From assembly GCA_023247275.1 (NCBI GenBank), contig JAHFGT010000002.1, positions 25,961-89,960 on the forward strand: a stretch of DNA of 64,000 nucleotides, written 5' to 3'. This document shows, one piece after another, positions 17,627 through 27,216 of the stretch. The DNA comes from Candidatus Omnitrophota bacterium (GTDB lineage: Bacteria; Omnitrophota; Gorgyraeia; Aquiviventales; Aquiviventaceae). The translations under genes and the position numbers were made by a program. The notes below the pieces were generated by a model. It was not told the DNA's origin, did no database searches, and saw only the letters and a program-made list of their open reading frames with translations. Every line of letters starts with the position of its first letter. Position 1 is the first letter of the stretch.

Positions 17627-17960
17627 GAGACAGGAGACCGGAGACTACATGCGCCCCCAAAGGCACTGTAACATTCTGGGCGCATGTACCCTGAGCGAAG
17701 TCGAAGGGTAACCCCTCGACGCGCTTTGCTTGCTCGGGGTAAAGGGAACCCTCTCGATGTTCAGATGCAATGTGGGTTCCATTTAGAGACCAGACACACC
17801 ATCGGGGGGCACGCAGGAAGGACACGCGTCTCACCACGTCTTCATAGCAGACCAAGATGACACATGCAGGGCAAGACCAGAGCAACCATAGAGCTGTTAC
17901 GCCGTCGATCTTCCAGAACTTGTCTTTTTTAAGTCTCCGGTCTCTGGTCTCCGGTCTGAT
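17627..17960. repeat. Composite element: inverted GAGACNG heptamer arrays flanking a 285-bp hairpin-rich spacer
   Basis: The left array is GAGACAG GAGACCG GAGACTA (17627-17647). The right array is GTCTCCG GTCTCTG GTCTCCG GTCTGAT (17933-17960). Internal stems are ACATGCGCCC/GGGCGCATGT (17647-17687), CCCTGAGCGAAGTCGAAGGG/CCCCTCGAC..GCTCGGGG (17689-17739) and GGAACCC/GGGTTCC. Confidence 0.75.
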
Positions 17961-17961
17961 A

Positions 17962-20331
17962 TCACGCAAGTTTCCGGGCCACCTTCTTCAGCTCCCAGGC
18001 TTCCAACAGATCGCCGACCTGCAGTCCAGGATTCTGACCCAGCAAGATGCCGCACTCCACGCCCTCCTGCACCTCGCGCACGTCGTCCTTCACTCGCTTG
18101 AGGCTCGCGATCTTGGTTTCTCCGACCCGATCCCGACCGCGAACGACCCGCATGGTGCAGTCCCGTCGAATCGAGCCTTTAATCACCATGCAGCCGGCTA
18201 CCACCCCAGCCTTGGAAACCTGGAACAACTTTCTGATCTCAGCGCGCCCGAGAAATGTTTCTTCAATCGTCGGCTCCAGCAACCCTTCGATCGCCGCCTT
18301 AATCGCGCCGACCAGCTCGTAGATGATGTGGTAAATATGCACATCGACCCCTTCGGTCGCTGCCAGCACTTGGACTTTGGGCTCGATCCCGACATGGAAT
18401 CCGACGATGATCGCATCCGACGCCGCCGCCAGGATCACATCAGACTCGCTGATGTCCCCAACGCCGGTGTGCAAGATCCGAAACTGCACCTCTTCCTTTT
18501 CAGTATCCAACTTTTGCAGGCTCTGCACAATCGCTTCGAGCGAGCCCTGCACGTCGGCTTTGACGATGAGCCGAAGTTCCTTGAGCTTGCCCTCGGCGAT
18601 CTGCGAGTGGAGCTCTTCGAGGGTGATCCGTTTCGGAGGCGCGACCGTCCGCTGCTCTTGCTGTTCTTTCCGCTGCTCGGCGATCTGCCGAGCTAATTTC
18701 TCATCGTCGACGACCATGCAGCGATCCCCAGCCCGCGGAACTTCGGGCAGTCCCAGAATCTCGACCGGCTTGCCTGGCCCAGCTTCCTTGATCCGGTGCC
18801 CGCGATCGTTGGTCATGGCGCGCACCCGACCCACCACCGCCCCAATCAACACGGAATCGCCAATCCGCAACGTGCCCTGCTGGATCAGCAACGTCGCAAC
18901 CGGACCGCGGTCCCGGGTCTGCTTGGCTTCGATCACCACCCCGTACGCTGGAATCGTGGGGTCAGCTCTGAGCTCCAATAATTCCGCCTCCAACAACAGC
19001 ATCTCTAACAGTTGATCAATGCCTTGCCGGGTCCGCGCTGAAACCGAGACCATAATCGTCTTGCCGCCCCAGTCTTCGCTGATCAGTTCATATTGGGTAA
19101 GCTGCTGTTTGATCTTTTGCGGGTTGGCCTCTGGCTTGTCCATCTTATTGATGGCGACCACGATCGGCACCCCGGCCGCCTTGGCATGGTCGATGGCTTC
19201 GATGGTCTGTGGCATGACCCCGTCGTCGGCCGCCACCACGAGGACGACGATATCGGTCACGTTCGCGCCCCGCGCGCGCAACGCCGAGAACGCCTCATGG
19301 CCTGGCGTATCGAGGAAGGTGACATGCCCTTTCTCGATCGCTACCTCATACGCTCCGATGTGCTGCGTAATGCCGCCGGCCTCTTTTTCAGCCACCTTGG
19401 CCTGTCGGATCGCGTCCAGCAAACTGGTCTTGCCATGGTCCACATGGCCCATGAAGGTCACGACCGGGCCGCGTGGCACCAACTTCGCAGGGTCAGGCTC
19501 GGCCAACTGCAACAGCTGTTGTGCTGGCGTCGGCTCTGGCAAGAGGTCGAATCCGAACGCTTGGGCCGCCTTCGTCGCGGTCGCCTCATCCAACGGCTGT
19601 ACGATCGAGGCAAAGACCCCGTGCTGTATCAGCGTCTTGATCAGATCGGTTCCTTTGACCTCCATCTTCGCGGCTAAATCTTTTACGGTAATAGGAAATC
19701 GCAGTGAGAGCTGGCGCGCCGGCGCTGGCGGCGCAGTGGTCGTGGTGGGCAGAGTCGCTGTTGCGGACGATGCATCGGTCACGACGGCAGCCGATGTGCT
19801 GGCAGGCGCAGCGGCTGGCTCTTTGGGCTTGGCGGGTGCGGGGGGCGCCTGCACCGACGCAGCAGCTTTCGGTGCCGACGGCGCAACGACAGCCGTGTGC
19901 ACCGTTGACCGCGTCGTCGATGGCGCGGTGACAGGACGTGCTGGCGGTGTCATCGGCCGGGCGGTCGTTGGCTCGGCTATTTTTGCCGGCGTAGACCCGC
20001 TCGACCGCGGCGCTGTTGTCGGCTTTGCTGGAAACTTGGCCGCTGGCGTGGATTTGGGCGCAGCCGCCGTCAATGCGCTCGCGCTTGCTGGCTTCGCCCC
20101 GCCCCCTGGCCGGCCTGGCGCTGCAGACCGACTGACCGTTAGCTTGGGCGGCGCGGGTTTCAGTTTGGCCGCCACCGGTTTTTTCGCCGTCAAGGCCTTG
20201 CGAATCCGATTCACCGAATCCGCATCCAGCGTGCTGGAGTGCGCCTTCGCCGAGATCTTGAGTTCTTTCAACTTGACCAACAAATCCTTCGAACTCAGGT
20301 TCAAAACCTTAGCCAGCTCGTGCACGCGCAT
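17962..20331 (-). CDS. infB: Translation initiation factor IF-2
   Basis: 789-aa ORF with an Ala/Pro-rich N-terminus and a G domain ([21 protein letters not shown]). Confidence 0.95.
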   Translation of the reverse strand: MRVHELAKVLNLSSKDLLVKLKELKISAKAHSSTLDADSVNRIRKALTAKKPVAAKLKPAPPKLTVSRSAAPGRPGGGAKPASASALTAAAPKSTPAAKFPAKPTTAPRSSGSTPAKIAEPTTARPMTPPARPVTAPSTTRSTVHTAVVAPSAPKAAASVQAPPAPAKPKEPAAAPASTSAAVVTDASSATATLPTTTTAPPAPARQLSLRFPITVKDLAAKMEVKGTDLIKTLIQHGVFASIVQPLDEATATKAAQAFGFDLLPEPTPAQQLLQLAEPDPAKLVPRGPVVTFMGHVDHGKTSLLDAIRQAKVAEKEAGGITQHIGAYEVAIEKGHVTFLDTPGHEAFSALRARGANVTDIVVLVVAADDGVMPQTIEAIDHAKAAGVPIVVAINKMDKPEANPQKIKQQLTQYELISEDWGGKTIMVSVSARTRQGIDQLLEMLLLEAELLELRADPTIPAYGVVIEAKQTRDRGPVATLLIQQGTLRIGDSVLIGAVVGRVRAMTNDRGHRIKEAGPGKPVEILGLPEVPRAGDRCMVVDDEKLARQIAEQRKEQQEQRTVAPPKRITLEELHSQIAEGKLKELRLIVKADVQGSLEAIVQSLQKLDTEKEEVQFRILHTGVGDISESDVILAAASDAIIVGFHVGIEPKVQVLAATEGVDVHIYHIIYELVGAIKAAIEGLLEPTIEETFLGRAEIRKLFQVSKAGVVAGCMVIKGSIRRDCTMRVVRGRDRVGETKIASLKRVKDDVREVQEGVECGILLGQNPGLQVGDLLEAWELKKVARKLA

Positions 20332-20334
20332 GAG

Positions 20335-21585
20335 TTATTCTACAGGCTTCTGCGGTTCTGACGAAGACGCTTCGTCAGTTGTGGGCTCGCTTGGCGGCGT
20401 TGGTTCGTCAGCGGCCTGGGCTGACGGCTCGACACTTGCCGGCGGCGCGGCAGGCGTGGCCAGGGCCGTCTGAGCCGTTTCCAACAACTTCTGAGCGGTC
20501 TTTTCACCAACACCCTTGATGCTGGTCAGCTGCTCCAACCCGATAGACGCCAGTTGCTGGATCGTTGTCACTCCGGCTTCTTTGAGCCGTTCTTCCATCG
20601 CCGGACCGACCCCAGGCAGGCTGCCGATCGCTGTTTCTCCAGCGGCTAACTGCGCTTTGCTCTTGATCTCCAGCTGCCAGCCGGTGAGCTTCGAGGCCAA
20701 CCGGACATTCTGGCCTTTCTTACCGATCGCTAGGGACAACTGATCATCATCGACCACTACGAGCGCCTGCTTGGCTTGGACGTCGTCGCGAATCTCGGCG
20801 ATCTTGGCGGGTGACAACGCGGCCGCGATGAACTCCTTGATCGACTCATGCCAGCGAATGATATCAATTTTCTCGCCGTGGAGTTCGCGGACAATATTCT
20901 TGACTCGAGTGCCCCGCATCCCGACACAGGCGCCGACGCAGTCCACCTTGTCATCCATCGAGGCAACGGCGATCTTGGTGCGGTCGCCCGCTTCTCGCGC
21001 AATCCCTTTGATCTGCACAATTCCCTCGCCGATTTCCGGCACCTCGAGCGCAAACAACCCGCGGATAAACCCCTCATGCGTACGGGACAGGACAATCCCC
21101 GGCCCCTTGGCGCTCTTGCGCACCTCAAGCACATAGCCCTGGATCTGGTCGCCCTGGTGGTATTCCTCGTGGGGAATCCGCTCAGTTTTCGGCAACACCG
21201 CTTCGGCTCGGCCCAGCTCGACAATGATGTCGCCCCGCTCAAACCGGTGCACCGATCCGGTGACAATATTTCCGACCCGGCTCTGAAACTCGATGAAAAT
21301 CACATCGCGTTCTGCTTCGCGGATCTTTTGAATGATCACTTGTTTCGCGGTCTGGGCGGCGATTCGGGTCAGCCGGGCGGAATCAATTTCCCGCCCGTCG
21401 ACGAGCACTTGCATGCGACCGGTCGTTCGGTCCAAGGTGGCAGTCGCCACGAGCTCCTCGCTGACCCCTTCGCTTTTCTTGGCCGCAGCGGCCACCGCGA
21501 ATTCGATCGCCTGAATCAGGATCTCGCGGTCCACACCTTTGTCCCGCTCAATCGTCTCAAGAATTGAGAGCAGTTCGCCATTCAT
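20335..21585 (-). CDS. nusA: Transcription termination/antitermination factor NusA
   Basis: 416-aa ORF with an N-terminal domain, S1 and two KH domains, and an acidic tail. Confidence 0.95.
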   Translation of the reverse strand: MNGELLSILETIERDKGVDREILIQAIEFAVAAAAKKSEGVSEELVATATLDRTTGRMQVLVDGREIDSARLTRIAAQTAKQVIIQKIREAERDVIFIEFQSRVGNIVTGSVHRFERGDIIVELGRAEAVLPKTERIPHEEYHQGDQIQGYVLEVRKSAKGPGIVLSRTHEGFIRGLFALEVPEIGEGIVQIKGIAREAGDRTKIAVASMDDKVDCVGACVGMRGTRVKNIVRELHGEKIDIIRWHESIKEFIAAALSPAKIAEIRDDVQAKQALVVVDDDQLSLAIGKKGQNVRLASKLTGWQLEIKSKAQLAAGETAIGSLPGVGPAMEERLKEAGVTTIQQLASIGLEQLTSIKGVGEKTAQKLLETAQTALATPAAPPASVEPSAQAADEPTPPSEPTTDEASSSEPQKPVE

Positions 21586-21597
21586 CGGTCGGTTCGC

Positions 21598-22056
21598 TTA
21601 CCACCGGATGACTTTCTTCGCACCGCGAATCTGCGCGAGCGACGCTGTCAGATTTCCCCCGGACGTTTTGAGGACGACCGCCTCCGGCTGGACCGCCAGC
21701 AACATGCCTTCGAGCTCCTGAAACCGTCCGCCAGGCTGCTCGACAGTCACTCGCACGTCCTCGCCGATCGCTCGTTCAAAATCCCGCTTGGTCGTTAATG
21801 GACGATCCAGCCCAGGCGACGACACCTCGATCGTGTAGCTCCCCGGGATCATGGTCTCCGACTCGAGCGCTTCCCCGATCAACTGATTGGCGCGGGCGCA
21901 CTGCTGGATCGTCACCCCACCGACTCGATCGACGAGCAGGCGCACCTGCAGTTGTCCACCTCGCGGCGAGCAGATCAGCTCGACCAGCTCTAACCCCTGA
22001 TCGGCCAGAATCGGCTCGATACGCGACTGGATCTGGGCTGTTCGCGACCCGTCCAT
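21598..22056 (-). CDS. rimP: Ribosome maturation factor RimP
   Basis: MDGSRTAQIQSRIEPILADQGLELVELI... begins at ATG 22056, inside ORF 21598-22122. It occupies the conserved position upstream of nusA. Confidence 0.85.
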   Translation of the reverse strand: MDGSRTAQIQSRIEPILADQGLELVELICSPRGGQLQVRLLVDRVGGVTIQQCARANQLIGEALESETMIPGSYTIEVSSPGLDRPLTTKRDFERAIGEDVRVTVEQPGGRFQELEGMLLAVQPEAVVLKTSGGNLTASLAQIRGAKKVIRW

Positions 22057-22100
22057 CACCAGCTTGGCCCATCGGCTCTTTGGCAAAAGCCCCCAAGAAC

Positions 22101-22125
22101 AAAAAAAGTGGGACTCCCCCACTTT
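22101..22125 (-). terminator. Rho-independent terminator downstream of proS
   Basis: The minus strand reads AAAAGTGGGGGAGTCCCACTTTTTTTG: a GC stem (GTGGG/CCCAC) followed by T7, 33 nt after the proS stop. Confidence 0.6.
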
Positions 22126-22157
22126 TCTCCGTACCCAATGGCCTCGAAGCTACGCTA

Positions 22158-23879
22158 CTACGACGATGCAAAGTTGTCAAGCAGTTTATGGATTTGCGCC
22201 GGGAGGAGCTCCTCGCTGACCCGTTGTTTTTCCTTCGTGGCGCGCAGGCACAGTTCCAGTTGGCGCGCTTGTTGCCATGCCTTGCCGACGACCACCTGCA
22301 CCGGAATTCCGACCAGGTCAGCGTCCTTAAGCTTGCTCCCTGGCGATTGGTCCCGATCGTCCAGCAGCACCGCCAGTCCGGCGTGGGATAACTGCTGCTC
22401 AACCCGCTCGGCCACCTGAACCGCTTCGGCGTTTTGCGTGTCCATGATGCTCACGATCACCTCCATGGGGGCTAAGGCACGCGGCCAGACAATCCCCTGC
22501 TCATCATGGTGTTGCTCAATCGCGGTCGCCACGATCCGGTTCATCCCGATGCCGTAGCACCCCATCATCATCGGCTTGAGTTGCCCGGCCGGATCCTGAA
22601 ACACCGCACCCAGCGCTTGACTATATTTCGTGCCCAACTTGAACACATGACCGACTTCGATCGTGCGCACAAACGTGAGTGGGCCGCTGCAGGTTGGGCA
22701 CCTGTCCGCCTCGGTCACGACCCGAACATCCGCCACGATCGATGGCTGGAAATCCCGTCCTGGATTGACGTTGGTGTGATGCGCGTCGGTGATATTCGCC
22801 CCGGTCACCGCGTTGACGACCCCCATCACCGCATGATCGGCGATCAACCGCACATTCAGCAACTTCACCGGCCCGGCAAACCCGACCGGGGCGCTGGTCA
22901 GTCGCTCAATCGTTTGGGCGCTCGACAGCCGAATGTCGGGCGATCCAATCGCACGCGCGAGCTTGGCTTCATTGACTTCATGGTCTCCGCGAACCAACAC
23001 CGCCACATGGCCGTTGTCCACATCATAGACCAGCGTCTTGATCAACTGCCTCGCTGGCACCTTGAAGAACTGGCTGACCTGCTCGACCGTGTGCTGCCCT
23101 GGCGTCTTCACCGTCTCCATCGGCTGTTGGACTTCTGCTGTCTGCTGTCTGCTGTCTGCTGTCTGCTGGTACCTCGCCGCCTCCAGATTCGCCGCATAGC
23201 CGCAGGTCTGGCACTGCACCACCCGGTCTTCGCCATACGCTGACGGCGCCATGAACTCGTGCGATACCTCCCCACCCATCATGCCTGGATCCGCCTCGCA
23301 CGCCAGCACAGTCAGCCCGCATCGCCTGAAGATCCGGTGATAGGCGTCAGACATGATCTGGTAGCTGCGATTGAGGCCATCGACGTCCACATCAAAGCTG
23401 TAGGCGTCTTTCATCAGGAATTCTTTGGAACGGATAATCCCAAACCGGGGACGAGGCTCATCGCGGAACTTGTGTTGGATCTGGTACACCGTCATCGGCA
23501 ACTGCTTGTACGAACGGACCTCTTTGAGCAAATCGGTGACCACTTCCTCGTGCGTCGGGCCCAGCGCCACCTCTTTGCCGGTGCGATCCTTGAACCGGAT
23601 CAGCACATCGCCCAGCACGCTGTACCGGCCGGTCTGTTTCCACAACTCCACCGGCTGCATCGCCGGCATCAACAGCTCCTGGGCCCCGGCCTGGTCCATC
23701 TCCTCGCGCACGACGGCCGCCGCCTTGTGCAACGCGCGCAACCCCAACGGCAGGTAGGTGTACGCCCCAGCGCCCAGCCGGCGGATCAATCCAGCCCGCA
23801 TCATCAGCTTATGGCTGATCGCCTCAGAGTCCTTCGGGTCCTCGCGTAGCGTCGGCAGAAAGTAGTGTGACCAGCGCAT
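22158..23879 (-). CDS. proS: Proline--tRNA ligase (bacterial type with INS editing domain)
   Basis: MRWSHYFLPTLREDPKDSE... begins at ATG 23879. It has class II motifs and an editing insertion. The ORF track starts 3 codons earlier, at GTG 23888. Confidence 0.95.
   Translation of the reverse strand: MRWSHYFLPTLREDPKDSEAISHKLMMRAGLIRRLGAGAYTYLPLGLRALHKAAAVVREEMDQAGAQELLMPAMQPVELWKQTGRYSVLGDVLIRFKDRTGKEVALGPTHEEVVTDLLKEVRSYKQLPMTVYQIQHKFRDEPRPRFGIIRSKEFLMKDAYSFDVDVDGLNRSYQIMSDAYHRIFRRCGLTVLACEADPGMMGGEVSHEFMAPSAYGEDRVVQCQTCGYAANLEAARYQQTADSRQQTAEVQQPMETVKTPGQHTVEQVSQFFKVPARQLIKTLVYDVDNGHVAVLVRGDHEVNEAKLARAIGSPDIRLSSAQTIERLTSAPVGFAGPVKLLNVRLIADHAVMGVVNAVTGANITDAHHTNVNPGRDFQPSIVADVRVVTEADRCPTCSGPLTFVRTIEVGHVFKLGTKYSQALGAVFQDPAGQLKPMMMGCYGIGMNRIVATAIEQHHDEQGIVWPRALAPMEVIVSIMDTQNAEAVQVAERVEQQLSHAGLAVLLDDRDQSPGSKLKDADLVGIPVQVVVGKAWQQARQLELCLRATKEKQRVSEELLPAQIHKLLDNFASS
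23135..23169. repeat. Five tandem CTGCTGT heptamers inside proS (coding strand CAGCAGA)
   Basis: CTGCTGT x4 plus CTGCTGG, translated as QQTADSRQQTAE in a variable ProRS linker. The same unit recurs in kdsB (57810-57837). Confidence 0.85.
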
Positions 23880-24009
23880 CAGCCCCACATCCAGTCGGGA
23901 AGGTCAGAATCAATATCATCGGGGATCAGCCGTTGATCTTCATCTCGCCGGCAAATCATCGCAAACGTACGGCTCCAGCCCAGGCGTAGTTGTCGATTTG
24001 ATCCTCGGT

Positions 24010-24420
24010 TCATCGCTTGCTCTTCCTGTGTCGTTCCGTCGGCATCTTCCGAAGGTACGCGGCCAGGTCGACTTTACCCAACCGCCCAGAAGCGATATCG
24101 ATCCTCAATCCCGCGAGTCGATCGTCGGGATCGAGTAACGACCTACCATTCAACTCCAGGCACATGACGGCGCACGCCAGAGCTGTTCGCTTCTTGCCAT
24201 CGATGAAGGGATGATTCTGGCACCTAGGATAGGCAGAAGCTGCTGCCATCTCATAGGCACCCGGATGGAGCCCCTGTCCACCGAACGTGGCCTCGGGCTG
24301 CGCCAATGCCGATTCGAACACCTCTCGATCACGAACTCCGGCTTGGCCTCCGGAGCGGGCGATCTGGTCGGCGTGGATGTCGAGGGCTTCAGCGAGTGTG
24401 AGAAACGCTCGGGTCTTCAC
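24010..24420 (-). CDS. doc: Doc/Fic-family toxin (death-on-curing type)
   Basis: 136-aa ORF with Fic/Doc core NHPFIDGKKRTA. The GTG start overlaps the stop of the upstream small ORF (GTGA). Confidence 0.8.
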   Translation of the reverse strand: MKTRAFLTLAEALDIHADQIARSGGQAGVRDREVFESALAQPEATFGGQGLHPGAYEMAAASAYPRCQNHPFIDGKKRTALACAVMCLELNGRSLLDPDDRLAGLRIDIASGRLGKVDLAAYLRKMPTERHRKSKR

Positions 24421-24566
24421 CGTGATCTATTCGGCAAGCTTCCGGAAGGCTTTTGCGTGGTTGAAATCTCTAGCGGGGTCCTCATCGTAATACGGAGCCA
24501 CTCCATCACAGGCTTGTCGATGATGAGGGCCGCGCTATTGCCATGCGTCGTCAGGTGTTTGACCAT
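24417..24566 (-). CDS. AbrB/MazE-type antitoxin (49 aa, below the ORF-track cutoff)
   Basis: My own translation from ATG 24566 gives MVKHLTTHGNSAALIIDKPVMEWLRITMRTPLEISTTQKPSGSLPNRSR*. The GNSxAxxIxK pattern fits SpoVT/AbrB antitoxins. GGGAGA lies 5 nt upstream of the ATG. Confidence 0.65.
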   Translation of the reverse strand: MVKHLTTHGNSAALIIDKPVMEWLRITMRTPLEISTTQKPSGSLPNRSR

Positions 24567-24933
24567 CGGGTCTCCCAGGTTTCAGCGTATTACCAATATA
24601 GTACACGTTGTATCACATAAGGGGATCGGGATCAAACGAAGCACCGGCGCGCCCCGCTATGGCCCTTCGCATATACAGCATAGACAGAGAGGAGCGTTCC
24701 AGCGCCCCCACGGTCGAGGCAGCCGTCTACCCGCCACCAGACCCTTGGCTGCGGGGCTCGTCAAAGCAACGTACCAGAGTCGCGTGAGCCAACTGACAAT
24801 GGCGCCGGAGATGTTCCTGGAAGGGGGGCGAAGTCGCCCGACGAGACCGAGCCCAGCACCCAAGAGGAACGTGGCGATGATTAAAATACTCCTTCTCGCT
24901 CGGCCGGGATCGGGATGTCGTTCAGGGGGTGAG

Positions 24934-26121
24934 CTATTTGCTCTGCGAGGCTGCCACAGCTTCTTCGTGGTGGAGCACTCGCTTGACTTCGTCGATGAGC
25001 GCGTCGACCATGTCGGCCTCGGCGACGCGGCGCAGCTGCTGGCCTTTGCGGTAGATCACCCCGACCCCGCCGCCGCCGGCTAAGCCGATGTCCGCGTGCT
25101 CAGATTCCCCTGGCCCGTTCACGACACAGCCCATGACGGCCACCGTCAGCTCGAGACAGCGAGGCTCGGTCGTGGACAACTCGGTCAGCCGCTGCTGCAC
25201 CTGCTTGGCGATCCCAACCACATCGATCTCACACCGACCGCATGACGGGCACGCGATCACGTTGGTTTCAAACCGCCGCAGCTCCAGCGACGACAGAATG
25301 CGCTGCGCGATCTTCACTTCATCGACCGGATCGCCGGTGATCGAGACGCGGATCGTATCCCCGATCCCCTCAGCCAGCAAGGCGCCGATCCCGATCGACG
25401 ATTTCACCGTCGAGGAATCCAACAAGCCGGCCTCGGTCACGCCCAGGTGGAACGGGTAGTCGCACAGTTGCGCCATGCGCCGATACGCGGCCAGCATCTG
25501 GCGCACGTCGGACGATTTAAGCGACAGCACGATCTCAGAGAATCCGAACCCTTCCAGCAGCCGAACCGACTTCAAGGCGCTCTGGACAATGGCTTCCACG
25601 AGGTTGCCCCGGTGCGCCGCCTCACACTCGGGATCCAGCGAGCCGACATTGACACCGATGCGGATGGGAATCCCCCGCTCCTTGGCCCGATCAACCACTT
25701 CGCGCACCCGCTCGGTGTTGCGGATGTTGCCTGGGTTCCAGCGAATTTTATCGAACCCAGCCTCGATGGCGGCGATGGCAAACTGTGGATGGAAATGGAT
25801 ATCAGCGACCAGCGGCACCTTGTTGGCTTCGCGTCGGATGTCCGGCAACACCTTGGCCGCTTCAATCGTCGGCACCGCCACGCGGACAATCTCGCATCCA
25901 GCGGTGGCCAGCGCCCGGATCTGCCGCACGGTCGCCTCCACGTCGGTCGTATCGGTCTTGGTCATCGACTGGATCGAGACCGGCGCGTCCCCGCCGATGG
26001 TGATTCCACCGACTCGGACTGGTCTGGTCTGCCGACGCGCAGGACTGCGCAATGGAGTGATCACCCCGGCTGGGTCAACTGCGGGAGGGATGGACTGGTT
26101 CGACGTGGTCTGGCGGCTCAT
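24934..26121 (-). CDS. ispG: 4-hydroxy-3-methylbut-2-enyl-diphosphate synthase
   Basis: 395-aa ORF with a TIM-barrel part plus a C-terminal 4Fe-4S domain (ACPSCGRC). Confidence 0.95.
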   Translation of the reverse strand: MSRQTTSNQSIPPAVDPAGVITPLRSPARRQTRPVRVGGITIGGDAPVSIQSMTKTDTTDVEATVRQIRALATAGCEIVRVAVPTIEAAKVLPDIRREANKVPLVADIHFHPQFAIAAIEAGFDKIRWNPGNIRNTERVREVVDRAKERGIPIRIGVNVGSLDPECEAAHRGNLVEAIVQSALKSVRLLEGFGFSEIVLSLKSSDVRQMLAAYRRMAQLCDYPFHLGVTEAGLLDSSTVKSSIGIGALLAEGIGDTIRVSITGDPVDEVKIAQRILSSLELRRFETNVIACPSCGRCEIDVVGIAKQVQQRLTELSTTEPRCLELTVAVMGCVVNGPGESEHADIGLAGGGGVGVIYRKGQQLRRVAEADMVDALIDEVKRVLHHEEAVAASQSK

Positions 26122-26130
26122 CGTGGGGGA

Positions 26131-27216
26131 TCACCGACGAACCCAACTGGCGATTTTTCCGAGCAGGCCGATTTGATCGAGATCATTAATGCAGACAAAG
26201 ACGATGAGCGCCATCAGCAGGACAAAACTGACCTGGGTCGACCGCTCCTGCACCCCGATGCTCACTGGACGGCCGCGCAACTGCTCAATCAAGAGAAAGA
26301 ACAGATGTCCGCCGTCCAGGATCGGAATCGGCAGGACGTTAAAGATCGATAGACTCAAACTCAGCGCACTCATCCACAACAGCGCGGGCACCAGGCCCAG
26401 GCGCATGAAGGCACTGGTTTCGGTCATGATCCGGATCGGCCCAGCCACCGAATCCTTCAACGGCAGCTTTCCGCTAAAGACCAATGCCAGGCCGGTGAAG
26501 GTTTGCTCGAGCTGCCGGCGCTGGACCTGCAGCGTTTGGCGTAGCGCAGCCAGCGGTCCGTACCGCTGAGCCGTCGACTCCCCCGCCGGGCCGATTCCGA
26601 TTCCGGCCTTCGACCGACCAAACAGGTCCTGTCCACGACCAGGCTCTGGCGTCACCAACAGACGGTGGGTCTCGGCACCCCGCTGCAACAGCACGGCGAT
26701 GGGGCGATCCGGAGCGTTGTGAATCATCTCCGTCATTTCGTCCCAGGTCGTGACCCGGTGGCCATCAACTTCTACCAGGTGATCGCCAACCTGCAACCCG
26801 GCTGTTGCTGCCGGCGAATGGTCGATCACACGACCAATCGTCGGCACCAACACCGGAAATCCGACCAGGCACACGATCCACAATAGGACAAACGAAACCA
26901 GGTAATTGACGAATGGACCGGCGAATACAATGCTGGCCCGCGTGCTGGCCGGCTTGGACAGATATTCCCATGGCGCAGCGGTTTGCTCGCTGCGCTGCTC
27001 CCCAGCCATCTTGACATACCCGCCCAATGGAATCGCGCTGACCGCATACTCGGTATGACCCTTGGTCCAGGTGAACAACTGCGGCCCGAACCCGATGGAA
27101 AACCGCAACACCCGCACCCCGGACATCCGGGCCACGAGAAGATGCCCCAGCTCATGGACGATGATGAGCAGGCCCAGCACGATCAGCGACGACAGAAATC
27201 CAATCACGTGGTCCAT
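26131..27216 (-). CDS. rseP: RIP metalloprotease RseP (M50 site-2 protease)
   Basis: 361-aa ORF with the HELGH zinc motif, one PDZ region, and NVLPIPILDGG. Confidence 0.9.
   Translation of the reverse strand: MDHVIGFLSSLIVLGLLIIVHELGHLLVARMSGVRVLRFSIGFGPQLFTWTKGHTEYAVSAIPLGGYVKMAGEQRSEQTAAPWEYLSKPASTRASIVFAGPFVNYLVSFVLLWIVCLVGFPVLVPTIGRVIDHSPAATAGLQVGDHLVEVDGHRVTTWDEMTEMIHNAPDRPIAVLLQRGAETHRLLVTPEPGRGQDLFGRSKAGIGIGPAGESTAQRYGPLAALRQTLQVQRRQLEQTFTGLALVFSGKLPLKDSVAGPIRIMTETSAFMRLGLVPALLWMSALSLSLSIFNVLPIPILDGGHLFFLLIEQLRGRPVSIGVQERSTQVSFVLLMALIVFVCINDLDQIGLLGKIASWVRR

Noticed and set aside
17648-17932. RNase P RNA, SRP RNA, tmRNA or 6S RNA in the structured spacers (also checked for 24567-24933)
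   Set aside because: The conserved cores (GGAAAGUCCGG / ACAGAA..GGCUUA for RNase P, GGAAGCAGCC for SRP, the tRNA-like 3' end of tmRNA) are not present on either strand.
17619-17969. A 116-aa minus-strand ORF filling the infB-trpS spacer
   Set aside because: Its sequence is a translation of heptamer arrays and hairpins (…RVEGLPFDFAQG…). It has no RBS and overlaps both neighbouring genes. I treated it as a repeat region.
19019-20473. A 484-aa + strand ORF, plus many other long + strand ORFs (e.g. 6358-7272, 12022-13218, 56611-57531, 42..)
   Set aside because: These are antisense shadows of strongly supported minus-strand genes (infB, rpsA, DAHP synthase/hisC, pyrG). Their composition is Arg/Ala/Pro-rich and typical of GC-rich out-of-frame translation, and they carry no motifs.
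23889-24009. A small frame downstream of doc (MICRRDEDQRLIPDDIDSDLPDWMWG*) as a second antitoxin remnant
   Set aside because: It is only 26 codons with no RBS, and its acidic-tail resemblance to MazE-like antitoxins is weak. It is probably just the proS leader region.
24657-24863. A 68-aa ORF (MGAGLGLVGRLRPPS...CLCCICEGP) as a real gene
   Set aside because: The TTG start lies far from the only Shine-Dalgarno-like sequence, the C-terminal half is Arg/Pro/Trp-rich and non-protein-like, and I could check no homology. I kept it only as part of the unassigned-region finding.
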